Positions 13,801 to 28,115 of a stretch of 64,000 bases of DNA are shown piece after piece. Position 1 is the stretch's first letter. Every line of letters begins with the position of its first letter. This stretch comes from Octopus sinensis (lineage: Eukaryota), in assembly GCF_006345805.1 (NCBI RefSeq), contig NC_042999.1, positions 62,806,001 through 62,870,000 on the forward strand. Direction: 5' to 3'. The notes under the pieces were generated by a model. It saw only the letters and a program-made list of their open reading frames with translations. It was not told the DNA's origin and ran no database searches. The position numbers were made by a program, and so were the translations under genes.

Positions 13801-16800
13801 AAGTTTGTTTTGTAATTACATGGTTCTTAGTTTGGCCCACAGCATAGCACCGACAAGAGTCAGTTATGTTAAAAGCTTGGTGTTGTTCTTCCCCATCTCC
13901 CACTTTGTGTTTAAAATCACCTCCTACTTTTTCCTTCCTTCTTTCCCTGTCAATTTTCTCCATATTTTCCTTTATTTACATCCATACCTCCACTACCAAT
14001 GCCATATTTATTTACTTCTTATTCTATTTGACTAACGCTTCTCAGCATTATACAAAATGTAGGTAGATAAGAAAGTAGTACTGTATTAGTGTACAGATGG
14101 TTTCTTTCTTTTTTTTTTTTGGCCTTGCAAGTACTCGGTGACCCTGTCAGTGCAGGTGCCACTTAAAAGCACTCAGTCCACACTGTAAAGTGGTTGGCAT
14201 TTGGAAGAGCATCCAGCTGTAAAAACTGTGCCAAAACTGACCTCACCTATGCTTATGCCAGGTAAAAAGCACTAAGTCCACTCTGCTGAGTGATTGGTGT
14301 GAGGAAGGGCATCCAGCTGTAAAAATCCTGTCTAAACAGTTACAGACATCCTGTGCAGGCTTCTGCCTGGCCACCGCTTGTCAAACTGTCCCACCTATGC
14401 CAACATGGAAGGTGGACGTTAAAAGACAATAATGATGATGATGGTTTCAAATTTAGACACAAGGCCAGCAATTTTGACAGGAGAGGGTTATTCACTATCA
14501 CTGACCCCAGTACTTGACAAGTACTTTATTTTAGCAATCCCGCAAGAATGAAAGGGAAAGTTCACCTTGGTAGGAAATGAACTCAGGATAAAAAGAGCAG
14601 GACCAACTACAGCAAAGCAGTTCTAATGATTCTGCCAAATTCACCATCCTCAATGATAATACTTTTCTTTTTGTTTTAAATTTATTCCCATACAGAGAAC
14701 TGTTGAGATTTGGAAGCCTGCTCTCACAGGATTAGACAAAGGAATAGGGTTTGTTTTTAGAGAAAATTGGAAATGAAAACTACTGCACACACAAACAAGA
14801 AAATATTGAACAGGGAAACACAAAAGTTTTCAACAAAAAAACACAAAAGAAAAAAAAGAAAATTAATGATTTTTCTGTAAATAATACCATAAGTACAAAC
14901 AATTATATTATTTTTTTAGTAACCACAATAACATTTGTACACACGCATGCCAAGTGAAAATGTAAGCAAAAATATCTTTGGAAATGACAGGTGTGTTTGT
15001 GACATCAACATAAAAGAAAGACTTAATATCAATAATATATATTTCTTTATTGCCCACAAGGGGCTAAACATAGAGGGGACAAACAAGGACAGACAAAGGG
15101 ATTAAGTCGATTACATCGACCCCAGTGCGAAACTGCTACTTTATTTATCGATCCTGAAAAGATGAAAGGCAAAGTCGACCTCAGCGGAATTTGAACTCAG
15201 AACGTAACGACAGACGAAATACCGCTAAGCATTTTGCCCGGCACGCTAACCTGTCTGTCAATATATTGAAGGAAGAAAAGAGGAAATTCACATATTTGTG
15301 CTTAATGAAAAATAACATGGATTTTCAGTTGCTCTTAAAACAGTAGGTGAAAGCAACCCTGTTCAATGTGTGGAGAGAGATATTCCCAATCCAAAATGGC
15401 AAAAGCTATTTAACTTTTATTTAGGATCTGAAGACACAATAAAGGAGGAAAACAACAAGCATGAAGTAGACATCTGTAGATAGATTGATACTTCAATATT
15501 TAGACCAAAGAAATACATAGAGGGTTGTTGGGGTGGAATTATCAGTTGGATGGTCTTCCTGTGGTTGCAGTTTAGGATGTCAGTGATACAGTAGTATAAT
15601 CAGCAATGTAGGAGCAGTCGTCCCTTGTGGGTTTCACCTGAGCTTTTAGAAGGTAGCAGTCGTTGGGGATTTGGCATCTCTTTTGGCTCTGTAGAGGAAG
15701 GCCAGTCTTTGTGATGCAGTTTCTGACATTGTTGAGAATGTGCCTTCAACAGGAAAAATCCTCAGATAGAGAGCTCTTAGCAACCATGCGGTTACTAGTT
15801 GCATTGTGCTGTTCATGTTTAGAGGTGGGGATTAAAAGTTATCACTTAGAAGAATTATCTCTGAGCAACCAGCAGGACTGAGACAACACATGTTTGAGTC
15901 AGATGATAAAGGGCTGTATGTAAACAAGTGGTAAAGCCAGTCTGACTCATGCTAGCATGGGAATACTCGGATAAATTACATCCACAAAGTCTTGATATTG
16001 TGCATGCCAGCATGGAAAGCAGACATAAAACAACAATGATGATAATGATGATGATGATGCAGTTAGCAAAATAGCAAGTTTAGTTATAGAAAACTGAAAT
16101 GTGAAGGTCTGACATTAAAAAAAAATAAAGCAAATGAAAACCTATAGCTATAGATAGAACTTATTTAAATCAATGGTATCAATTAATGCATGCATCATTA
16201 CTTAATACCAATCTCAAAACAAACATCAACATTAAGTCCCTCTATCATTAAAAGCAACTATCTAAACCACTCCATTTTTGAGAGACCCAAAATAGTTTTG
16301 GTTAAAAAAAAAAATCTCTCAACTCTGATTTTCTTTTTTTTTTTTACCTTTCTTCATCACAAAATAACAATTTGAAAACTGAGAAGCAACTGGATAAAAC
16401 TGATTCAAAGCTAGAATGAAAATATAAAATAAAAAAAAACATTAACAATATCAATAGATTTAACGTAACTTCATTTAGAAGATGGTACTGCTTTGGATAG
16501 GAACAAACAGATTCAATAGTGCTAATTTGTTGAAATCAATTCAGTTTATGAGCATAAAACTGATAGATGTGTACTTTGAATGAGTGACTAATCTCCCAAC
16601 TACAAAAGAGAAATTTTGTTTTTTAACTTTTTTTTTTGTTTCGCTGGTTTCACTCAATGGACTATGACCATGCTGGAGCACTTCTTTGTAGAGTATAGTT
16701 GATTACCTCACAGCACTTATTTTAATGACTTCAGTAGGATGAAAGGTAAAGTGAGCCTGACCAGGATTTGAACTTAGAATGTAACCAAACAAGCTATTTT

Positions 16801-18410
16801 GTCCAATGTTTCACTAATTCTAAAACTGATTTTTTTGTGGCCGTTGCCAGCACTGCCTGACTGGCCCCGTGCCGGTGGCACGTAAAAGCATCCACTACAC
16901 TCTCGGAGTGGTTGGTGTTAGGAAGGGCATCCAGCTGTAGAACTTCTGCCAGATCAAGATTGAAGTCATCTGGTTCACCAGTCCTCAGGCAAATCGTCCA
17001 ACCTATACTAGCGTGGAAAGCGGACGTTAAACGATGATGATTTGACTATTTTTCAGTAACATAATACAGACGAGTAACTTTCACAGGCCCTACACTAAAC
17101 TTCCTGGGTCTGGTGCAGCATCCTGGCTTCCCAGACCCCAGTTGAACCGTCCAACCTATGCTAGCATGGAAAGCCGACATTAAACGATGACTACACCCAC
17201 GGAGTGGTTGGCGTTAGGAAGGGCATCCAGCCGTAGAAACACTGCCAGATCTGACTGGGCCTGACGAAGCCTTCCAGCTTCACAGACCCCAGTTGACCCG
17301 TCCAACCCATGCTAGCATGGAATACGGACGCTAAACGATGATGATGATGATGATGTATACTTAGGGTATACAGGTATTTCAAGACTACACTGTTTCTACC
17401 AATTTTATGTTTTCTGTATTATTAATGCCTAAGTTTGCTATTATTACTTTAAGTCACTATTACCTTCTAGATAACCACGGCAGCCAATAAATAATTTCCT
17501 TTGAAAGTAATTTTCTATAAAGTGTGAATAGGAAATCTAGCTACTAGATTTTTGTACTGATCAGAGATTCAGTTATTGAAAATATATAGTATAATCTATT
17601 TGGATCTGAAATGATACCAAAAGTGGTTCATCATTACTTTTTTAACATCTACTTTTCAATGATTGCATGGGTCAGATGAAGTTTATTGAGACAATTTCTA
17701 TAGCTAGACTTATTTTCACAAGATATTGGAAAGGAATGACATTCATTTGCAACAATCCCATGATGACAAGACAAGGAGACACAAGCATAAATACACACAC
17801 ATAGACATACACACAAAAGGTGTCTTTCAGCTTCCAAATCCATTCACAAGGCTTTGGTTGGCCCAGCGCTTATAATAGAAGACACTTGCCAAAGGTGCCA
17901 CATAGTGGGACTGAACCCAAAACAATATGGTTGGGAAACAGACCTCTTACTACACTACCACAATAATTTAATAAAAAAAAAAGAACAAAAGCTAAATACA
18001 TAAAAAATACCAACAATGAAACACGTTTAGCAGAGAAGTGGGTGATATGATTGAAAACAATGGAAAAAATATTTGCGTAACTTAGAAATAAACCTGCATG
18101 TGAAAGGCTATCGTATAAAATGAATGTCTTACCTCTGGCTGCTGTAGGCATTCTCCATCAGCTGTGTGTCTTCATCTGGCTCGTGGTAACCAGTGAACTG
18201 CAACAACTTCAGGAGCAACATCTCCTCTAAGTGTAACTTTACCTTACGTACTGAAATAATTAAGTGCTGTAATGCACAAGAAAAAAAAAAAAAACAATAA
18301 ATAAATAAACATTTAAAACAATTTGAAAAGAAAGTAAACAAATCCAACAAGGTTAAGAACAAAACAAAATTCAATCCTTTACATACTGTGCTCTCTCTCT
18401 CTCTCTGTCA

Positions 18411-18447
<37 letters not shown>

Positions 18448-18607
18448 TGAAATAGGGATAAGAATGTGCATTGTCCGTTTAATTGAGAAATTCTATAAGT
18501 GGCTGAAGATTGCTCGACATTTTAAAACTGATGTAATACTTACAGTGTTTAATAAAATGAAGTAGCATGAAACAATTGTACTACTCTACCTTGGATATAC
18601 TTGTTGC

Positions 18608-18657
<50 letters not shown>

Positions 18658-18983
18658 TTAGAGACAAAACCACTATTAGGCAAATCAAACAATGCAAGAC
18701 TTAAGCCAATACATATGATTAATTTATATTATTTAAATATGTAACAAAATTATCAAAAAATATAATTAATATCCCACATATTAATTATATTTTTTGATAA
18801 TTTTGTTACATATTTAAATAATATAAATTAATCATATGTATTGGCTTAAGTCTTTCATTGTTTGATTTGTCTAGTAGTGGTTTTGTCTCTAATTTTATAT
18901 AATATAATATTTTACTATAAAATTGGATTCAATCCTAAATCTGATTTTTCCCTATAAGTTTGGATTTATTCCCTAATATTTAT

Positions 18984-19024
<41 letters not shown>

Positions 19025-22000
19025 CACTATACATAATCAGGTGGTGTAATATTATTGGTCATTTAATAATTTAATACAGTTTATCTTAGGTGTTGAAAAT
19101 CATAAAATAAACTTCAAAATTTCCTTTTGTGTTCTCCATTCCCTTTCCATGCTTATGTAGGTAGGATGGTCTTTTGCTGTTGGAGTATTTGCTTCTATAG
19201 CAGATGGATGCCTTTCCCAACTTCAATTACAAAATGGTACATGCCTTTCTTATAAGTCAGGCAATCTGAAGTAAGCAAAGTTATATACAAAAGCCCATCC
19301 TCAGACTGGTGATACCTGATTTGAATTCTGTTAAAGCACACAAGGCCCAGAAGGGGGTCTTAAACTAGGCTATAGATTAAGTGTACCACCCACAGTTTAA
19401 TTTACCAAATGGTTTAATGCTGTACTTTGGGTGCCTGTAGCAAACAGAACCCACTTTGTTGCAAGCATTCAGGCTAGGTCTTTGGTTTGAGGATATTTTT
19501 CTTCCTTTACCCTACCAGACTAGCATGTTCAGCAAAGGATCAAATGCATTGTTTTCCCTCCTGAGTAAAAAGATTAAAAAAGTAAAACAGGAAAATAACA
19601 GGAATGAGCTTCCATACAGTTTCTATCAGCTGAAGTCACAAGGCTTGTAAGGCTCTAATAGAAGACAGCTGCCCAAGGTACCCAAAACCAAGTTGCTAAG
19701 TAGACCTCTCAGTCATGCAGCAAGGCCTAGATCCATACAGTACATTAATCTCATACCTTGTCTTTTATTAAATTCATTATATCTAGAAAGTTATCAGATG
19801 AGAGAGTTTAGAACTATTTGACAAACTGCAAACATTAGGCAAAAACAATATAGAGAAAGGAGCAAGAATTTTAAATCCCATAGAAAAGAAATAATTGGTC
19901 CTACTACAATTTCTTTCTCTCTCTCTCTCCCCAAACTCTCATTCAATGGGGCTGGGGCCATCCTAGGTTAGTGGTCCCAGAGGTGTTATTGTACACAGAG
20001 CCAACCAAGTCCACCAATGTCCCCCCCTGCTTTAGCGGTCCCATGCCAATCCCCCTGCATCCTCGAAGGTGATGTCAACCCCCAAGAGATCTTCCTTAAT
20101 CATGTCCAGCCATCTGGTCCTCTTCAAGCCTGCTACTGCTGTGTCACATGAGAACAAGGCCCTGGTAGGATGATTAACCACAATTACTACAATAATTCTC
20201 TCTGAAAATTATCCATGGTACTGGACTGAAAGTCCCCAGAAATAGACCAGCCATATTATTCTCATCAACACCTAGAGATACCCGCAAAAAATCACTTCAT
20301 TAGCCCACCACTAGTCTTCTATAGAATGCTAATGTTCAAAATTCCACTGACCACACTGCCCATTTGGCAGAGAGCTGTGTCTGGCAACATTCCAAATGCC
20401 AGGTACTCAGTCTTGATCTTCACTTGACACAAAACTACAGCTTTGTCAATGGGAAAAGATGTGATATGATATGATTACCCATGAAAAAGGGCAACTAAGT
20501 CTGTTCATGGTCCAAGAATCTTTGTACGTGTCACAAACTCAGGCATGTAATTACTTGATTTATCTTGGAAATTAATGTTGATGTTGGCAGGAATTGAGCT
20601 TACAAGTAGTGGGGTGGAACTTAAAACTAAAGTATTTTGATTAGTACTGAAACATTTCTGCCACTCGACAACCTAGAAGCAACAGATATAGTCATTACTG
20701 TATCCTTAATGATGCAAAAGTAACCACCCTCACCCCTTCAGCAACAACAATCATTCACACCTCTTCAACAAATATAGAATCACCCACTTTCTACTATACA
20801 ATATTAACAGAGTCAATGAGGAGAACTCTTTGTGGATAGTCAACCTTCTAGAAATAGCAACCAAATTACTTTCGAATCGCAGCCTTTAAAAAATAATGGT
20901 AAGACAAATTGGACAGTGTAATCTGAAAGAAAATATATTTGAAAAGATGGGATAGTCATAGTTAGAATGTCTTTGTCGGTCTACCTGTTTAGGATTGATT
21001 TGGGGCTAAAGATCAAAAATTATAACACCCAAATAATGAGCACAACCATGGTAATAGTGATCTATTATAACAAATGTAATCACAACAGTTATATGAACAC
21101 AGCGATGAACCAACCTTGAATATCTCTACATTCCACTGAGAAGGATTTTTATGGACGACCATGTGTAGTGCAGGCGTATTTTCAGGGACATCATTTTTGG
21201 ATGGAACAATGGACAGCATCACTGGCCGCTGAGCACTAAACAGCTGGTTGTCAATCTAAGAGAAAAACAAATCAATATAAAATATATAATTACATACACA
21301 TCATCATTAAGTGTCTACTTTCCATGCTGGCATGGGTTAAATAGTTTGACTGGAACTTGTAAGCTGGAGGGCTGTACCAGGTTCCAGTTTGATTTGGCAT
21401 GGTTTCTAATGATGGATGCCTTTCCTAATGCCAAACACTTCAAGAGTGTAGTGAGTGTCTTTTATGTGTCACTGGCACTGGCCATGGTTATGATTTCACT
21501 TGGCTTGATAAGTCTTCTCAAGCACAGTAAATCGCCAAGCACAGCAACACTAAATCGTAAAATACAGTGCAATGGGAGTTACTTTTTACTGGAGGTTCAA
21601 GCTAGAGATCATCTGTCTGGGACAAAGATACTTTGTTAAAATTAATGGATTAGAATAAATTTAAAAAAATAAAAGATTATTGCTTAACAAGTATTTTACC
21701 ATTCTTACAAGAACAGGAAGATTTATTTACTGGAGCAACTGTTTTTAGAACTGGATGTATTTCTAATTGCTAACTATTCAATTATGAAATAGGAGAGAAT
21801 CATCATCATCATCATCGTTTAACATCTGCTTTCCATGTTAGCATGGGTTGGACGATTTGACTGAGGACTGGCGAACCAGATAGCTACACCAGGCTCCAAT
21901 CTAGATCTGGCAGAGTTTCTACAGCCAGATGCCCTTCCTAACGCCAACCACTCCGAAAGTGTAGTGGGTGCTTTTACGTGCCACTAGCACAGGGACCAGT

Positions 22001-25000
22001 CAGGCGGTACTGGCAACGGCCATACTCAAATGGTGTTTTTACATGCCACCTGCACAGGAGCCAGTCCAGTGGCACTGGCAATGACCTCGCTCGAATGTTT
22101 TTTCATATGCCAGTAAGGCAACACTGGTAACGATCACGCTCAAATGGTGCTTTTTACGTGCCACCAGCATGGAAGCCAGACAAACTAGAACTAATAAAAG
22201 TGGGTGCTGTTCTCAAAGATTATAACACAATAACAGTTCTGTCTGGATAAAAGACAAAGATAGTTATGGCATAAACACATTCAGTCAGTAGTTTTTTTAG
22301 ATTATGGTCAACTTAAGCAACAATGACAGCAAAATTCATGGAAACCTACAGATGAAAAGTAAACAATGCAAAATGGTAGAATATTTATTATATTTAATTC
22401 ACTGTAGCCACTGACCTGTACATTACCAATACTAGCTTCCATGATGAGTAAACCATTTTTGCTATTGCATCGTATCACAATGTTCCACATAACAATGTAA
22501 ACAAGTTCCTCAGGTACCCGGTTCACAAGAGATATTCCTACCCCTTTTGGCAAAGAAAGCAGACCATGGACAACAATCTGAAAGTAAGAAGAGGGAAACA
22601 AGTCAAAATAACTCTTATTTTTCTTTCTGCTAATTAAACTTTTGTAGAATTAATGATTGATGTTATAGTCTGAAAACAAAATAATTACAAGACAGACAAC
22701 ATCAAAAGCACACAGATTAAAATCAAAATAAATATTCTACAATCAGCACTAAGCATTGATCATCGTGGATTTTTGTTGAAAAAAATCATAGATGTACTTA
22801 AAAAAAAAATAATAAATGCACTTAAATTCATTTAAATCAACTTCTGATCCTCACTTAGCTTTTATAGTTTAACATTCAACAAGCATAATCTATTGTATTT
22901 TAGGAGCTTGTAAGCTAATTTAAGTACAAACAATTTTTTAAAAACAATTTTTCTTGAATAATGTTTATTATAGGCTTAAAAATACTTATCGTCCTTCACT
23001 GCTTTCTGGCTCCATTTGACAACTCGCACCCTCTCTTCTAAAATGTGAGTAGTCATGTAGCTCCTCTACAGCAAAAAACCTGTTCTATCCAGGCCCCTTA
23101 TCTCATACTATTACCCATTATTTGCCCCTCATTTCCAAGAATAAAGTTGCCTCCTTGGCGTTCATAGTCTTGCAAACTGCATGACAGCCTCAGTAGAGTT
23201 GGTGGCATAATAAAAAAGCACCCAGAACATACTGTAAAGTGGCGGGTATTAGTAAATGCATTCAACCATAAAAACCAGCCAAACACATTGGTGCATGATG
23301 CAGTTCTTAGGCCCATCAGATCCTGTTAAGCCGTCCAACGTATATCAGAAAGGAATATGGATGTTAAATGATAATGATGCAAGTAAGTGTATTTTTGACC
23401 TAAACAACCATTTGTTGCAGGATTCCAATACATTCCTCAATCAAATTTATGATCATGATACTGGTATGGAATGATTAATGTTTAATATATTCAACAAGTT
23501 AGTTTCTCTCTAACTTTTAACAATTCAGACTGCCTAAATTTGATAGCCTTTAAGGCATTACTTTTAGTTCAACTCGGCAATAGTCAGTTATAATCATCAT
23601 CATTGATTATTGTCCAAAGCTCTTTCACTATCATTCATATTAAAAACTTCAAAAAGTTTCCTTTCACCTTCTCCCCACATTGATCAGTTCTTGCTATATC
23701 ATTGTCCTAAATTTTACTATTATCATGATGTAACAATGGTACAGTTATGGAATTAGTTTTTAAGATTTTATTCTCAATAGAACAGTTTCTCTGTCATCAT
23801 AATACAAAATATATTATTTATTATTATTATTATTAGGTGAAATGGATCTGTGTCTGCATGAGAAATTAACATCAATATCTTCATCAATTAATAACACATT
23901 TGTAATCAAAAGTTTATTTCTAATCATTGATCTTGTCACAATAGTTTCTTAAAATTATTTCTGTAAAGACTTTCAGTACCCAACAGCCTCCAAAGGTTTC
24001 ATTAACAAAAAGATCTATATATGTATCTATACATATGTGTGAGTACATTTGTCCATTTACATTGAAAGGAGAAGATATCCCCAACATTTCCACCAATGTC
24101 TGAAAGATACCAAAAAAACTTACTGAAAGAACACACACAAAAAAAAAAATGGTTTTGAATTACTAACTTTGTTCTTCTGTTGTTCTTTCTCATCATTAGC
24201 ACGTTTATGTTTTATGTCTGTTGAAGAATGGTTAGGATCCACCAGCTGTAAATCTTCAAAGTTGGGATCAGCAAAACTCGTGTTCTATAAGGAACAAAAC
24301 ATAAAAAGATAGTAGAAATCTAATAATCAACAAGGCAATAGAGGGCAATGGTCATAAATGGATAGTCCATACAATATAAAGATGTGACTAATGAGCTAAC
24401 AAAGAAGCTTTTATGCTGATGTGGTAGACAAACCCCTCACCCTTCTAATCTCTGTGTGAGATTGTGAATAGAACAGAACTACAAACAAGAATCTCAACAT
24501 AAGACTATACCTAAAGACCAATGTAAAAGACAGGAAAGTTATTATGATAATACTCAACTACCAGTATTGATATCTGCCCAGTTTACAACAGACCTATACA
24601 CTGAGGTGATATATACTCTAGAGATTACTCCCAGGATCTAAAAATAGCAGCAATACAACATGATCCCCACTTCCACCACCAGCACATACAGGGTAGAGTT
24701 CTAATTCACTACTAACATAGTAGAAGCACTAACAAAAAAAAAAAATAAATAAATAATGAATGAATGTATAGATCAGATTTCAAAATAATACTGAAATCAA
24801 ATGATAAAGCAAAAATACAGTTTAAATAAATGTGAATAAAAAAAAAAGTGAATTCTTAAAAGATGGTCAACTACTGCAACAATTTCTAGGTGAAGCATTC
24901 TTGCTAGCTTATTTCAATCAAACATCATTTCAGGTGAGGCAAGCAGGCTTATATCACTCTTATTAAAACTAAGTATTTAAAGGTACATGGCCTAATGTTT

Positions 25001-25684
25001 CTAGACACACACATACACACAAATAATGTCACATGCAGAAGTGTTGAATAAAATATATTGATGTAAAGTCATATTCAACATATTATTTGGATGTAAGACC
25101 TTGGCCCACAGAGAGTTCTGAGAGGAAAATCTCCTCTTAGACATGTGTAGAACCACAAGATGAGCTGTGAATGACATCACTGGATTATAAGATTCATGCA
25201 TTTCTAAGTTATTCTTATAACAAAAACAAAAATGAATAAGGTACATCTATTGATGTGCATAATGCTTGGTCAAGCTAATATCAATTAAAGAATGTTGTAT
25301 GAAGCAGTGTTGAATAAAATATATTTGTGTAAAGACATATTCAACATGTTTGAGTGCAGTAGATGCGAGAAGACAGATTTGGTGTTCATAGCAGACAAAG
25401 TGAAATGTTACAGAAATGAATGCATCCTATGATCCAAATAACATCATCAGCTCATCTTGTGTTTTTATACAAGTCTGGGAGGAAAATTTTCTTCTGAGAC
25501 TATCTCTGCAGTGGTAGGTCTTCTCATGTCCAATTGCACTCAAATGAGTTGAGTATGATTTTAATATACACACACACACTTACACATATACTGAAACAAG
25601 TCTTGTGACTTGAATTTCACACCACTGCAATTTTCAGGCAACAGCTATTACAACTTGGCATTGGTGATGTATGTATAGGCTTTG

Positions 25685-25715
<31 letters not shown>

Positions 25716-28084
25716 TTTATAAGTTAAGTTTGCATGTTTATTGATTTTATGGTCTCGTCTGTGGTTGTTTGTTATTTTTTATAATGTGGTATTTGTATTT
25801 TTTGCAATTATAAGTGGGGGGGGTGTATTAATTTTTTAGGATTTGTTGGTGACTTAGTGATGGATGTGCTTTTTTGTCATGTTACACCCTCACAAAGAGG
25901 TTTGGTAATGCAAACAGGAAAATAAAACTCAGAATATGAGCATATACATATATTTTATTAATAATTGGAAGAAGATACGCAAAGACCCAGGGATCACAAG
26001 TTTCGTACATTGGCGCTTAATATGTAATCAAAAATACACACACACCACCATCATCATCATCATTATCATTTATTGTCGATTTTCCATGCTGGTATTGGCT
26101 GAATGGTTTGACAAGAGCTGCCAAGTTTTCTATGACTGAACACCCTACCTACCAAACACTTGACAGAGTCTACTGGGTGCCTTTTGCATGGCACCAGCAC
26201 TGATAAAGTCATCAAGTAACTCGAAAGACAAAGAATCAACTGAGAAGGAGAGTGGCATTGCAGGAAGTGGCTTTGAGCCAGGTGATAAGAGGTTAAACTA
26301 TGATTGGGAGACAGAAACGGGTGTGTTACTATAGAGGAGATATGTGGCTACCCCAGTTGAGGGGGGGGGGAGACGGCGGTGGGGAGAGGGAAGTAGAAGG
26401 GGAATGTAGTGAGTGATCACAGCTCTACATACACACACACACACACACACAGTGGTGAATTGGCTGAGTCATGAGAGTATTTGTTAAATTGCTTTGTGGT
26501 ATTCATGCTGGCCCTCTGAAATCTGGGTTCAAATACTAACAAAAAGATCAAGTTTGCTCATCAACTTTTGGGATCAATTAATGAAAAGTCAGACCTATAG
26601 GGGCATGGGTTATACCAGGTCTAAAAATATCCAGAGATGCCATATGTTATGAGGAAACTCCTATAATTCCTTCAAGAATTGAGTACCCATGGAACTATCC
26701 CTCTCTATATAACGCCCCCCCCCCCATACACACATGGTTAGCTTTGGAACAGCAAATGCCCTGTGGGTCTTCCCCTCTTACATTACAAGGATAAATTTAA
26801 GGATATCTTGAAGCATCATAATATCAATCGCAATTCTTGGGAAAACCTTGCTGTAAAGCATAACAAATGGAGAACAATATATTTCACTGGTTAAAAATAG
26901 TTTGAAGAGAGTAGGAAGAAACATCATGACCAACTTTATATGAATCTTAAGCAGAGGCACCAACAAGAACCAGCCTCGGATGATTTTGTTTGTGGTGGTT
27001 GTGGATTCATAGCACACAGCAAGGCAGGGCTCACTTCCCAGAGTAGAGAGCATAAACCTACTGAAGACTACTTGTCTTTTATAAATTAACCAATGCTCAG
27101 CTCAGGACAGGAGAAAGTACGATTTTAAAGGTACAACTATCATAGACATTTATTGGTTTACTTGACTTCATCTGCATAGAATTTGATTAATTGTAGGCAT
27201 AGGAATGGCTGTGTGGTAAGTAGCTTGCTTACTAACCACAACGTTCCATGTTTAGTCCTACTGTGTGGCACATTCGGCAAGTGTCTTCTACTATAGCCTT
27301 GGGCCGACCAAAGCCTTGTGAGTGGATTTGGTAGACGGAAACTGAAAGAAGCCCGTTGTATATATGTGTGTGTATTTGTGTGTCTCCCCAACATTGCTTG
27401 ACAACTGATGCTGGTGTATTTACATCCCCATAACTTAGTGGTTCGGCAAAAGAGACCGATAGAATAAGTACTAGGCTTACAAAGCATAAGTCCTGGGGTC
27501 GATTTGCTCAACTGAAGGCGGTGCTCCAGCATGGCCACAGTCAAATGACTGAAACAAGTAAAAGAGTAACTGACCAAAATTTTTTACATGAAGAATAAAC
27601 AAAAAAATTCTGGCCACTATAATATGCAGAATTAAGCAGTAAACTGAGCAAAAGCCAATAACTCAAATGGGTCAATGGCATGAATTTTGATAAATAAAGA
27701 ATAATGTACTTAATATATAGAAAATTGTCAAAGTTGTCCCTTTTCCCTGCCCCCTAAGTATGTAAATTAACTTTCAGACATTAATTCTTAATTCCTTGAA
27801 ATTATCTCCCTTTTATTTGAGGGTTGTTTATAATAACACTAGGTTTTTGTTTTCTTTCTCTCCAACTAAGAGTGAAATTTTCAATAAATAAAGCATGTTT
27901 TGCATATGAGATTTAGTACACTATCCCTTTAAAATCTCATTAATCGTGTATATTGAAGGGATAAAATTGGCAGTGATAATTAAATAAAACTAAATGGAGG
28001 AAAAAGTAGCTTGAAAAACGAGTATTGTGATTAGGTCAATTCTAACAAGATCCAGAATGGGCTACAGGCTCCAACAAACTTTGT

Positions 28085-28115
<31 letters not shown>

